DNA from: Prorocentrum cordatum
Lineage: Eukaryota
Assembly (NCBI GenBank): GCA_963575745.1
Contig: CAUYUJ010000002.1
Location: forward strand, 868,001-932,000
Direction: 5' to 3'
Length of the DNA stretch: 64,000 nucleotides
The notes below the pieces were generated by a model. That model was not told the origin of the DNA. It made no database searches and saw nothing but the letters and a program-made list of their open reading frames with translations. Shown piece after piece: positions 11,735 to 22,655 of the stretch. How positions within the stretch are numbered: the first letter of the stretch is position 1; each line of letters starts with the position of its first letter. The translations under genes were made by a program, and so were the position numbers.

Positions 11735-12665
11735 AGCAATGGACGGCGACGGCGACGTTGCCGTTGCCGATGCCGACCACGCGAGCACGAGCACGAACAC
11801 GACACCGACGCTGAGCACGACGCGCGAGCACGGGGCGCGAGCACTGACGCTGAGCACGATGCCAACGACGTCGACGACAAGCCGGTGATGACAACGACGA
11901 CGACACCCAGCGCCGGCGACGACGACGATGCCGACGCCGACGATGTCGACGCCGACGCCGTTGACGACGACGCCAACGCCGACGCCGATATCGAGCACTA
12001 CGCCGACGCCGATCCCGACGCTGGCGACGACGATGATGCCGAACACGAACGCCGACGCCAATCCCGGCTCTGGCGACGACGATGATGCCGAATACGACGC
12101 CGAACATGATACCGACGACGCCGACGCCAGCAACAATGCCGAGGCAACCGACGAAGAGCAAGACGCCGAGCACAATGCCTACGGCGACGCCGACGACGAC
12201 GCCGTCGCAGTCGTGACGACAACAACGCCGCTCAGAGGATGACGACGACGAGCACGACGCGAAGGAGAAGGACAATGACGCCGAGCACGTCGCCGAACAC
12301 GACACCGAGCACGACTGACGCCGTCGCCGACGCCAACGCCGAGGCCGACGATAATAATGATACTAAGTGCAACGCCGAGCACGACGCCGACGCCGACAAC
12401 GACGCTGTCGCCGACCTCGCGGGACACGCCGCTGAGCGAGCACGACAATGACGCCCACGCTGGCGCCGACGCCAATGCCGACGACGACGTCGACGCCCGG
12501 CGTCGACACCGACACCGCCGCCGACGCCGACGCTGACTTCGACGCCGTTGTCGACACCGCCGACGACGCCGCCGCCGACGACGGCGACGCCAACAACGAG
12601 CCGAACACGACGCCGAAGTCGACGCTGGCGACGACGATCACGACGCCGTCGTCGTCGTCGTCGTC
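11700..12665. repeat. Low-complexity GAC/GCC (GACGCCGACGAC-type) tract
   Basis: Direct inspection; it generates spurious D/A/T/R-rich ORFs. Confidence 0.85.
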
Positions 12666-15600
12666 CACCCCCCTCATGGGTTCGAACCCGCGGGGTGGGC
12701 ATCTCCCAACCTCCCCACTTCCCCGGACTCCGAACCGAGGGTGCCGACCACGGAAAAGGTCTTGTCCGCATCAGAAGCACGACCCAGAGGGCTTCAAGTC
12801 GGCCCAAGACGGCCCCACGATAAGCCTGGGAGGAGCCCAAGAGGGGGAACACGAACTTCTCTTTAACCATCGAAATCGTAAGCAGGCTCTCGCGAAGCAC
12901 CCAGTCAGAAATAGGTCCCCAGCAGGTATGTAATTGCCAGAAAAACCTCAGTGAGATGTCCCCGAAACGATGCCGAAAGGCACGACTCAAACACGGTGGC
13001 GCGATGGGCCGACGCCCATTCGATGTTTGGCGGAATAAGAATGGCAAAACGCTGGCACAAATATGACGTACTATGTAAGCTGTCACCATGTGCGACCAAT
13101 GAATTGGCCACGGCAACAAATTCTCACCACCACCGTGACGAACGCACGAGCTCCCGCCATTGTCGGAATCCTTGCCGAAACGCTCCAAATGTTTGGAAAT
13201 TCCGTCCCCCATTTCCTCGCCAAGTGTGCTCTCTATGCCAATGCTGTCCGTCCATCTCACTTAAGGGGTGCCATTCTGCCGACCCCCGCAGTGTATTTCA
13301 AGCTGCACGGTTTGCCAGAACAGGAAAAAAGCGTAGGGAGGCGACGAAGAACGATACTATGTCCGAGGGAGCAAATAAGCAAGAAGCTGACGTACGTACT
13401 CGTTCATACGTTGCTGGCGTACTACGTCGTTGCAAGCTGCAAAAAATGCTCTATTAGAAACAACTGCGACACATGTGATCAATCGATGAGGGTAATGACT
13501 CGGTGGCGTAGTGGTCGCAAACTTGCATCGCTTCCATGGGCTATCACATTTACGATATACCACGTGAGACTGAAATCATACCAATGCTGCAATGCAATCA
13601 AACTTCGGTCATGACTGGTCGTCTGGGTGACGGTGGTACGTGTACCCACCATTTCGTAAGCATATGAACGTCTCGATTGCGAATGACCTTTGGAAGAGTT
13701 CTGACTGTCCAAATCCCGAAGACGACCCTGAAATATAATCCGATAAGCATCAAATAATTGCGCCCGTTCGGACATCTTCCGGATGAACTCATGCAATTCA
13801 CTTCGAAAGGGACGTGAAACGTGAAACGGCATTGGTGATGATAAAGATAGTTGCGCCGAAGTGTTCAAGAGCCTGGGGGATCGAGGGAGAGGTTGCTCCT
13901 TCGCGAGGCATGGGGGCATTGGATCGCGTCATGGGACGGGTTCGGTGCGTGCGGTGGGGCCAGAAGGGGCCGTCGAGCGGGTTGCCGCCCATATTGTATA
14001 AGCATGTTTGAAGGGAAACTGGAACACACACAATAAATACACACAAATAAAAGGATCCCCCATATTTTCCCATATTTTCTTGGCTTTTGTCTTCCCCCCC
14101 CACTTCCCATATTTTCCCATATTTTCTGGGGAATCGACGATTAATTGCGTCTGTGTGTTTTTCCCCTCCTGAATGTTGGAGTACCAGCACGTGCGCACGA
14201 ACAGAGATGCTGCCGAGCCTCAGCTGGGAGGACGCCCGCCGACGCGGCGCTGCGCGAGGGTGGGCGGCGAAGCTCTGGTCGAGAGGGGGAGGGGGACCGA
14301 GGCAAGGGAGGCAGAAGGGAGGCGGGAGGAGGGAGCGTGGGACAATCAGCTGCTGCATAACACGGGCCTGTTGTGCAACGCCGTGCGCATGGCATACGAC
14401 AAACAGACATGTGTCACAAGAAACCCTTCCGAGGTTGTCCCGCGAACGAATTTTATGCCCATGACCACTTCCAGCAACTTCTTCCGAATACTGTGTATGC
14501 GAAGCGCTTGATATAATTTCTCGAATGCCTGACGAACGAGATGCAAAACTATTTGATTCTGAGTCGTCGTCAGAATCGATCACCGTGTGCCCGTCGCTGA
14601 GAAATCGCAGAGACACTTACCAAGTCCTATCGGATGGGGCGAGGCCGAACGCAGCAAACAAAAATGGATTACCAAACGGGCCTGGTTCGAACTGGAATGC
14701 AAACGGCCTGAATGCAGTATCGGCCCCGTCCTGCGAAACTAAGTGCTCAACGATGGAAGGTTGAAGAGCGTTGGGGTAGATCGCCAGAGGCCCAATCAAT
14801 GACCACTCAGCGATTCTTGAACGTGTTGGCTCCCGATGGGCGGCCTCAAGATGGCCCCAACACGGCCCTGAGAGGGGGCCAGCGGTGGTTCAGAACGAAG
14901 TGAGACGGGAAGTCGCCCACCAGGAAATCGGTCTCGGTTCGTGTCGTGCGTGCGGGCCAGGCGACGCCGTGTTGGCGGTAGGCATCGACGGAAAGGCCGA
15001 CTGGTCTGCCCGGGCGTCCTCTCTCATGGACCCTGATCCCACTGCTCCCGCGGAGCCTTCACCCCTTCCCTGGAGAGATTCCCACACTTGTACGGTCTCC
15101 CGCCTTCATTGGTCCCAGGCTCCTCCCGCCCTGGAGACGGTCAACGAGCGACGACGTGGCCGTGAGCTTAACGAACGACTATGGCGACGTGGCCATGGGC
15201 TCGACGGGCAACAACGACGTGGCCGTAGCTCACCCATCTTCGCGTCTCGTAGGCGCAACGAACGACAACAACGGTACTTTGAGACCGCCTCTCTCTTCCG
15301 TTTGATCGCCATCCAGGTCCTCCCGGCAATGGTAAGGCCCACCCCGAACGCTCTCGCTGAGCTCCGCGTGAAGTCCTGCCAGCCCACGCGTACTCGGCTG
15401 TTGCGTGCTCCCTGCCAAAACTTGGCCTCTTATGGCGCCGGCCTCTGGCCGCACCTCGCGTGAGGCCGTTTGTAAGCTCAGGTTGTCAATTTGGGCGTCC
15501 GCGTGCTCAGATTGCTGCTCGGGGCGCGTGCGTGCTCAGGTTGCCGATCGAGGCGCCTCCGTGCTCAATTTGCCGACTGGGTCCGCCTGCTCGGACAGAT

Positions 15601-17149
15601 GGGGACGGACGCCGTCTCCATCGGGTCTTGCAATGACCATCTCCACCTAGTGGGCACGGCCGCTGGGAAAGCTACAATCTAATCATAGCCGAAGCACCGT
15701 GGCCAGGCAATGAGCCCCTGCCCACGGACGGAAAGCCCCCTCGAGAATATCCGAATCGAGCAGCATTCCAAGGAAGAGAGCCCACACGCGAGAAAGATGA
15801 GGCACAACCCTGGTGCCTTCTGCAACCAAGGCGAAGCTAACGAGAATGATGATGCATTCGGATGAATCTACATACGACCTTCGAGAACCAGCGGGTCTGG
15901 AGGACGAAGTGGGCGCCGTTGCCTTTCCAGAGCGCCCCAGAACGCACTGTGAACACCCAAGGAAGCTCTGAGAACGATGTACCCTCATCCCAGGCCTGCC
16001 CGAAAACCCGCATGCCGCTCGTCTCGGTCGGGGCCAGGATGGTCTGACGACGATGATGTGCCGATCCTGTAGCTCCTCGGGGCCTGGATCGGCCTCCGGC
16101 CAGGACCCCGCGCAAGCGGACGACTGGCGCCCCCCGAGAGGGGGAGGCATTGCGAGGAACTGCTGGCCAGCATGCCCTACCTACCGGCATCTATAAAACA
16201 AAAACAGGCTTCTGCCGGAACTGGCCCTCCATCGCCTCGCTCCACGAGAGAAAATGATACGCGGGGAAAAAGGGAAAGAGGGGATGAGCTTGCGGGGGAG
16301 GCGAAGAGAGGAGAAGGGATGATGAGAAGGGAAGAGGTGGGGAGGAGAAGGGAGGAAGACAAGGACAACGACATGCGCCCCAAAAAACCTCTGATCGACT
16401 AAACTACCACGATCTACTCTAGGTTCGGAAGAAAATCCCCCAAGGGAGTTGAAAGCGGGGCGAGGTGGACTCTCGGAGCATCGCCGAAAGCTAGCGTCCC
16501 GCCCCGAGGACCGCCAGGGGCACGCGTTACCCAAAACGGGGCCCAGCGAAGAGTAGGGAGGACAATGCGACAAAGACAGGGGGACGACTAAGGCCCCAGG
16601 GCCACAGGAGGACTCGGAGGACGGGGAAGGGGGTCGACTCTTCGCTCGAATTCATCCCTCGCGAGTCGTACAATATGAGCGCTACGAGACAGTTTCTCAA
16701 AGATGGGGTCCCCTGGACAACTCTGGCGGTTTTTAAGCTATTCTCTAACACAGACTGAGTCAGGGGCTTCCCAACGTCCACCGCTCCATTCAGAAGGTTC
16801 GGGGGGCCTAGACCTCGAAGTTCGAGGCGGCCTTGGGGTCGAGGAGAGAGGTGCCGAAGCCGTTTGGCGGCGGTGGCACTCCCGCCGTCAGCCTCGAAAC
16901 AGAAGAGGCGAGCGGACTCGTAGTCGGAAGCCTCGGAGCGGTAGGGCTCGAGACTGTAACGCCCATCTCCACGAGGGAAGTCCGAGCCGAGGGCGATTCG
17001 GGAAGCGTGAAGTTCGCTTCCGTCACTCCATAGCTCTGCACCAACAAAAATATCGCCGATTCCATGCCCATTCGCTGCGCTCTCCCTGCCCTCTGTCTGC
17101 GCCGCACTCTGGTGGCTGAGTGGGCGCGTGGCGGCATGGGGAAGACGAC

Positions 17150-17829
17150 TTACTCTTTCGTGAAGACTCCCAGCCGGTCCTGAAACTCGCGCTCGAATGT
17201 GGCTGACTGGCGCACGCCCCTGCTTCCACATCGCCCCCGTCTGAACCATGGAGTCGATGATGCGCTGGCGGGTCTCTGGGTGCAGGTTGAGCATGAGCTT
17301 GCGTTTGTTGACGTCGTAGTATCGGTCCATTTTTGCAGAACTTGATCATGCCGCATTTCTTTGCCATGTCCCAGGTCTCGATGACCTGCCTCATCTCCAT
17401 GATAATATTGGCGTTGGCGGCTCTTACTGCGTCGCTGTGTTAGAGTAGCGCCGTGAGGAGGCCGCCAAACACCCACAAGTGTGGGGGGCCGTGGGCGTGC
17501 TCTTTGCCCGACGCGGTGGCGGCTTCGCTGTTCTTCAACCCTTGCGCGCCCATCTGGATGGCTTCCTGGCCGGTGCCGTCGAGGATCAGACAGTCGAACG
17601 CCACGCCCTCGATGTTGCGCTTGGATTGACCAAGCTGGAGTATGGACTTCAACATCAGCACTTGCAGGGCCTTCTGGGCGCCCTCGAAGCCAAGGTCGGA
17701 CTTGGCGTGCTGGCCGTCGCTCTTGGCCTTCACTCTCCGCGGCAGCTGGGCCATCGTCTCTGGTGCGGCCCCGCCCCCGGCGGGAGACTTCTCGGTCCCG
17801 TCTCGCTGGGGCCCCCGTCCGAGGGTCAC
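17150..17829 (-). pseudogene. LINE-associated accessory (ORF1-like) reading frame, frameshifted
   Basis: Protein-like segments LMLKSILQ..GPPHLWVFGGLLTALL (17440-17829), MIKFCK, MDRYYD..KQGRAP (to about 17200); abuts the LINE ORF2 stop. Confidence 0.45.
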
Positions 17830-18333
17830 TGCGCCCCTCTCCTCGCGCTCGAGGAAGAGACTGCAGCGGGCTGGGGGCGGAAAAGGTGATGTGAAGTGAC
17901 GTGCTCGTTATACTCGTCAATCGTGTCGAATATGATATCGCAGCACAGGCGTCGATTCTCACTCGGGGGTGTAAGAGGCCATCGAAACGAAGCTCGGCCC
18001 ATTCGGCGTGCTCGACTACCCCACGCGCTTCGGACATGTTGGCGAGCGCTGTCTTTAGTAGAGAATGTTTGTTTGCACCATGGGCACATGTTACACGTGG
18101 CGCGTGTGCAGAGTGGGTTACGTTGTCCATGTTCGCCTCCTCGAGACTGGTACATGTGTGATGTGGGGGCTCCAGGGAGCGAAAAGGATTGTGAGCATAT
18201 CAGTCCGCGCCCGTCCGGATGCGCGCGCGCAAATGCGGTGAGACCCTCCTCCGTCGGAGGTTCCATTGCCCGAGCTGGCCCTCGGAGGCGGCGAAAGTAT
18301 GCGGTCTCTCCCTCGGTGAGGATGGCTGCCTTC
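17826..18333 (-). mobile_element. 3' end of a LINE ORF2 (C-terminal zinc fingers), the distal part of the LINE interrupted by the DNA transposon
   Basis: CPWCKQTFSTKDSARQH and CDIIFDTIDEYNEHVTSHH; joins in frame with the 30213+ segment once the insertion is removed (VDPAALK-AAILTEGE). Confidence 0.75.
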
Positions 18334-18625
18334 GAGAGAGCGTGATCCACCGCCGCTTTACTGTGGAAAATTGCTAACTTTTTTCCTCCGGAACCCGGGG
18401 GTCGCCCCCCCCCCCCCCCCCCCTCCGAAAATCCCCCCCCCTGCTGGAACCCCTCCCCCCCCCCCCCCTCCTCCCCGGCAAAACCACCCCCTCCCCTAAC
18501 CCCTCCCCCCCCCCCCCCCTCCCCGCTCGAAAACCGGGAGGGGGTCACTACCGGTTCGAACCCCTCCCCCCCCCCCCCCCTCCGGATTCGGAAAACCGGG
18601 GGGGTCACTACCGTTCGAACCCCCG
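18334..18625 (+). repeat. Left TIR plus subterminal GGGGTCACTACCGGTTCGAACCCC repeats
   Basis: Motif at about 18541 and 18601; inverted copies at about 29975-30185. Confidence 0.85.
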
Positions 18626-19205
18626 CCCCCCCCCTCCCCTCCCCCCCCGTATGAACCTTGATCCCGGACCATTTGGCCAATGAGATCCGCCTAGGCCACC
18701 TAGGCGATCCAGGGATCTATGTTATCTGGGGGGGGGGGAGAGGGAGAGGAGAAGGAGGGAGGAGGAGGAGGAGGAGGAGGAGGAGGAAAAGGATGGGAAG
18801 GAGGAGGTGGATTAGGTGGGGGAGGAGGGTGGGTTAGTCGGAGGAGGAAGGGAAGGAGGAGGAGTAGGAGGAGGAAGACGACGACGACGATGACATCGGA
18901 GGAGTGGGAGCATTCTTGGGACATCAAGACCTGGGGTTGCTTAGATGTGTGGGCCACTTTGAAGATCTGCCGGGCTCCTCTGTGCCGCTCTGAAGCCCGA
19001 TGCGTTACAGTCGGATTTTATTCGTAGGTCGACCCTGCCAGATGAAGGGTGCCCTTATGTCCTGTCTATCCCGTCCCACGTCCTCTGCGCGTCTTCTGGT
19101 TGTTCAGGGCCGCGTTGTCCTCGGAAGAGTCTTGTGTCCTCTCGGGTGTCCTGTCCAATTAACTTCGACTGTATGTTTGCCAGCATCGTCGTCATCATCG
19201 TTACC

Positions 19206-19227
19206 TCCGTCTCCATTTTGGCTCAAG
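19206..19227 (+). other. Relic dinoflagellate spliced leader upstream of the cargo gene
   Basis: TCCGTCTCCATTTTGGCTCAAG vs DinoSL DCCGTAGCCATTTTGGCTCAAG, 20/22; 54 nt before ATG 19282. Confidence 0.8.
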
Positions 19228-19281
19228 CGGTTTCTTACTACTGGGAACAACATCCTCGATGCACTTTGCAAGTGGTGCGCC

Positions 19282-20412
19282 ATGTCGACCTTTCGCTGTT
19301 CAGGGATTCTCGGTGTGGCGCGACTGTTTGCTGCCAGGCATTCTGTGGCGCTGCAAGAGGTTAGCGGCCGCCGCGCCCAAGCAGCGTATTATGATTGCCT
19401 GGAAGAACACAATCTGTTGCAAGATGTGTATGTGAAATATCATGTTATGAATCAGCAGGGTGAGGCTCACGATGTAAGGGTTCGCAGGTCCGCAGCTGCA
19501 ATCCTTACGAACTGCAAGATAAACGAGGAATACACAGACCCTCAGACGGTCCTCTGTCTCCGCATCATAGACAAAGTCAGGGCGAAGTCATTCGAACGAC
19601 GGATGGCCGCCGCAGTGTGTGCCACGATCAACGGCCGTGTCTTTCTGAAGGAATTGTTAAAGAAACTGCCGGGCGACGGTTGGACAGGCGATCAGTTTTG
19701 GGAAGCTGCTCATACTTTAGTGAACAAGATTGACCCCGAAGAGCTTTTCACCGGCGCCTTCAACCGGCAGGCGTTCAATTCGTGGACCAAACGTGATCTG
19801 GCGAACAAGCGCATGCACAGAATCAGAGACAAGTTGAGTGGTGATATCAATTTTGACAACGCATCGCGCCTGGAAGTGTCATTAGACCTTGTAAGAGCGT
19901 GCGGCAAGTTCTTGGGCAAGAACGCCTTTTCCTTGTTGGAGCAGTCCTACGCGAACAACTATCGCCGCCCCGGGTGGTGCTCGCAACACGGGTCGCTCAT
20001 GGGGCCCGGCGCCTTGGCGGGCGTCAACATCATCAACGGGACATGGAAGCAGAGCGGGACGGGCAGCACGCAGCTCGGGGATGTGTTGCAGCAGTTCGAC
20101 GACTCCCACGCTAATATGCAGAAGCTGCGCCGCTTGTTCCGGGAAGATTTGCAGTCTCTCCAGGTGTTGGTCAAGAAGACACGCGGCGCGAAGCGGGCCC
20201 TGGCTAGGGAGCTATGCGAAGCCGTGGAACACATTCTTGGTATGTCTGACACGGGCTTGCAGTTCGTGTACTGCGAGATAGCCAAGGTCGTCACGTTCCA
20301 CTACAACCTCCACAAGCGGTACTGGCGCCTGCGCAAGCTGCGCGGCGACGCGGGCAATGCGGCTGGCAGCGACGCCGAGGACGGCGACCACGGGAGCGAC
20401 AACGACGACTGA
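19282..20412 (+). CDS. Cargo ORF-A, 376 aa; putative aGPT-Pplase1 / amino-acid:DNA transferase-like (HhH glycosylase fold, 5-hmdU modification family)
   Basis: Ordered motifs LFTGAFN, CGKFLGKN, MGPGALAGV and LQFVYCEIAK resemble the family pattern F.GAY / G.G.F.A / GPGA..GL / LCE..K; intact in both copies; start chosen from the SL relic. Confidence 0.55.
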   Translation: MSTFRCSGILGVARLFAARHSVALQEVSGRRAQAAYYDCLEEHNLLQDVYVKYHVMNQQGEAHDVRVRRSAAAILTNCKINEEYTDPQTVLCLRIIDKVRAKSFERRMAAAVCATINGRVFLKELLKKLPGDGWTGDQFWEAAHTLVNKIDPEELFTGAFNRQAFNSWTKRDLANKRMHRIRDKLSGDINFDNASRLEVSLDLVRACGKFLGKNAFSLLEQSYANNYRRPGWCSQHGSLMGPGALAGVNIINGTWKQSGTGSTQLGDVLQQFDDSHANMQKLRRLFREDLQSLQVLVKKTRGAKRALARELCEAVEHILGMSDTGLQFVYCEIAKVVTFHYNLHKRYWRLRKLRGDAGNAAGSDAEDGDHGSDNDD

Positions 20413-20580
20413 GCTCGTGGCGCGCACATGGCGGGCAGGCGCATCGGTACCACGATGGAGCTTGGAAGCGCACCGCCACGATGAACGTCCAGCGATGTCT
20501 GTCAAGCAGCCGCTGCGCCTGGAGGGCGGAGTGGCCCTGGCGGGAGCGATCCTTCTTCGCATGAGAGTGCTTTGCACGCA

Positions 20581-21480
20581 GAAAAACAGTTCCTGCCCGC
20601 TATAGCTTTTGGGGGGCCAGAAACCTGGTAGCAGGCAAAAGCGTTTCGGAGTGTTTGGGTTTTTACCAGTGTCCTTCGAGGCCCGACTGACGGCCGTTGC
20701 GATTGATTATCGCGGCCACAGAAAACGACGACTTTGCGAAGATAAAGCTTATGGGGCCCTGCCCAAAAGCACAAAAAAACGCTCTTGCCCACTAGGGCTT
20801 TTTTGGGGTCGGAAACTTGATAGTGGGTAAGAGCGTTTTGGCTCGTTTTGGCATCGCCCAATGTCAGTCGAGGCCCGACTGACTGCCGCGGCGATTAAGT
20901 AGCACGACCATAGCAAACAATAACTTTGCCGAAAGAAAGCCCAGGGGCCCAGCCCAAAAAACACCCAAAAAACGCTCTTGCCCACTAAGTCTTTTTTGGG
21001 GTCAGAAACCTGATAGTGGGCAAGAGCGTTTTGGCTCGTTTTGGCATCGCCCAATGTCAGTCGAGGCCCGACTGACTGCCGCGGCGATTAAGTAGCACGA
21101 CCATAGCAAACAATAACTTTGCCGAAAGAAAGCCCAGGGGCCCAGCCCAAAAACACCCCAAAAACGCTCTTGCCCACTAAGTCTTTTTTGGGGTCAGAAA
21201 CCTGATAGTGGGCAAGAGCGTTTCGGCTTGTTTTGGCCACGCCCAATGTTTCTCGAGGCCCGATTGACTGCCGCGGCGATTAATTAGCGCGACCATAGCA
21301 AACAAAAAGTTTGCCGAAAGAAAGCCCAGGGGCCCAGCCCAAAAACACCCAAAAAACGGTCTTGCCCACTAAGCCTTTTTCGGGGTCAGAAACCTGCTAG
21401 TGGGCAAGAGCGTTTCTGTTTGGTTTGCGTGTCTTTTGATTGTTCGAGGCCCGACAGACGGCCGCGGCCCCCGAGATGCA
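20581..21480. repeat. Tandem array of about 193-bp units, each with a hairpin CTCTTGCCCACTA-N26-TAGTGGGCAAGAG
   Basis: Hairpins at about 20583, 20776, 20969, 21161 and 21353; one unit fewer in copy 2. Confidence 0.9.
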
Positions 21481-21619
21481 CCTATATCATCGTCATCGTC
21501 GCTACCATCACTGCAACCGCTGCGGCTCGACGGCAGAGTGGCCCCAGAGCGTGCTCGTCGCGCCCTTCGGGGAGGGAGAGCGAGCGCCCGCCGCTCGCGG
21601 TGCCAGCTAGCGTTCGGGG

Positions 21620-22655
21620 ATGTCCTGGGACGAGGGAGATCGGGGTCGGAGCCGCAGCCCGCGGCCGAGCCCGCGGTCGACTCCCGCGCCCACTCCATCC
21701 GCAGTGTTCTCTCCGGGCAAGTACAAGGAGAGCGTCTTCCAGAAGTTCGGCCGAAGTTCAAGCGCTTTCGCGGACCGCTTCACGGCGGTGGCCGACGACG
21801 TCGACATGGGCGACGACAATATGTCGTTGAACGATCAGGTCGCGAAGACGCACGCTGCCGTGAAGAAGCTGGTGGAAAGGAACGCGGAGCGCCTCGGGGA
21901 CAAGTATGACGAGCTATGCGTCGTGAAGACCCAGGTCGACGAGATGGAACGGGGCGGCGCCCGCGTCCACGACCTCTTCCTCCTGCGCGTGTTCATGGCT
22001 GTCTTCGGCGGGCCGAGGAGCCCGTGGCGCGCGCATGACGGGCAGGCGCATCGGTACCACAACGGAGCATTTCGGTACACCGCCGCGATGAACGTCCAGC
22101 AGGCCCTACGCCTGGAGCACGCGGTGAACCGAGCGGACGCGATCCTCCTTCGCATGAGCAAGGACAACAACGTGAAGCGACCGTCTTGGGACGAGGGGTG
22201 GCTCCTTGACTACACGAGCCCTGCCGCGGCGACGCAGGCCGACGTGGGCGACGACCCCGATGAGAGCTTCTCGATCGCGCGCAAGATGCTCCGGGAAAGT
22301 TTGAACAGGTTTCTCACTACTGGGAACAACGTCAACATCCTCAAGACATTCTGCAAGTGGTGCGACCAGCCGAAGCAAGCGGAGCCCACGTTGGCGTTCA
22401 AGGACAAGTGCTTGAAGATCCAGCCTGGCCAGGCAGCAAGGGAGATCAAGAAAGCCCCCGAGGTCAACTGCTACGCGTACATGGACTTATCCATCAAGTA
22501 CAAGCCGCCCGCGGCCGACGTGGACAGGTACGACCTCATGATGGCCACCCTGTACGGGGACGACGTCGAATCAAAGGAGATCGAAGTCCTTGGCGAGGCG
22601 CTGGCCCTCATGCACAAGCGGCAGCCACCTCGCGTGCGGGTTCGGAAGGGAAAAG
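21620..22655 (+). CDS. Polyprotein ORF-B exon 1 (N-terminal region, D5_N-like, first half of Walker A)
   Basis: Open frame ending ..RVRKGK-G at donor AG/GTAAGG; LAFKDKCL..CYAYMDLSIKY resembles the pre-helicase D5_N region. Confidence 0.75.

Noticed and set aside
11483..12933. D/T/R-rich ORFs
   Set aside because: Products of low-complexity GAC/GCC repeats, open in many frames
12900..16500. Assorted 60-340-aa ORFs
   Set aside because: No recognisable motifs; consistent with chance ORFs in GC-rich decayed repeat DNA
18541..18625. tRNA or tRNA-derived SINE suggested by GGTTCGAACC
   Set aside because: No cloverleaf or A-box context; the motif is a tandem subterminal repeat
19000..19281. N-terminal 94 aa of the 470-aa ORF call
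   Set aside because: It spans the SL relic and an ORF-B-derived fragment and has several differences between the copies; likely non-coding leader
20581..21480. CRISPR array
   Set aside because: The sequence between hairpins is repeated rather than unique spacers; no cas genes; eukaryotic context
21511..21531. Possible highly decayed SL relic upstream of ORF-B
   Set aside because: Only 12/21 identity (mostly transitions); not distinguishable from chance
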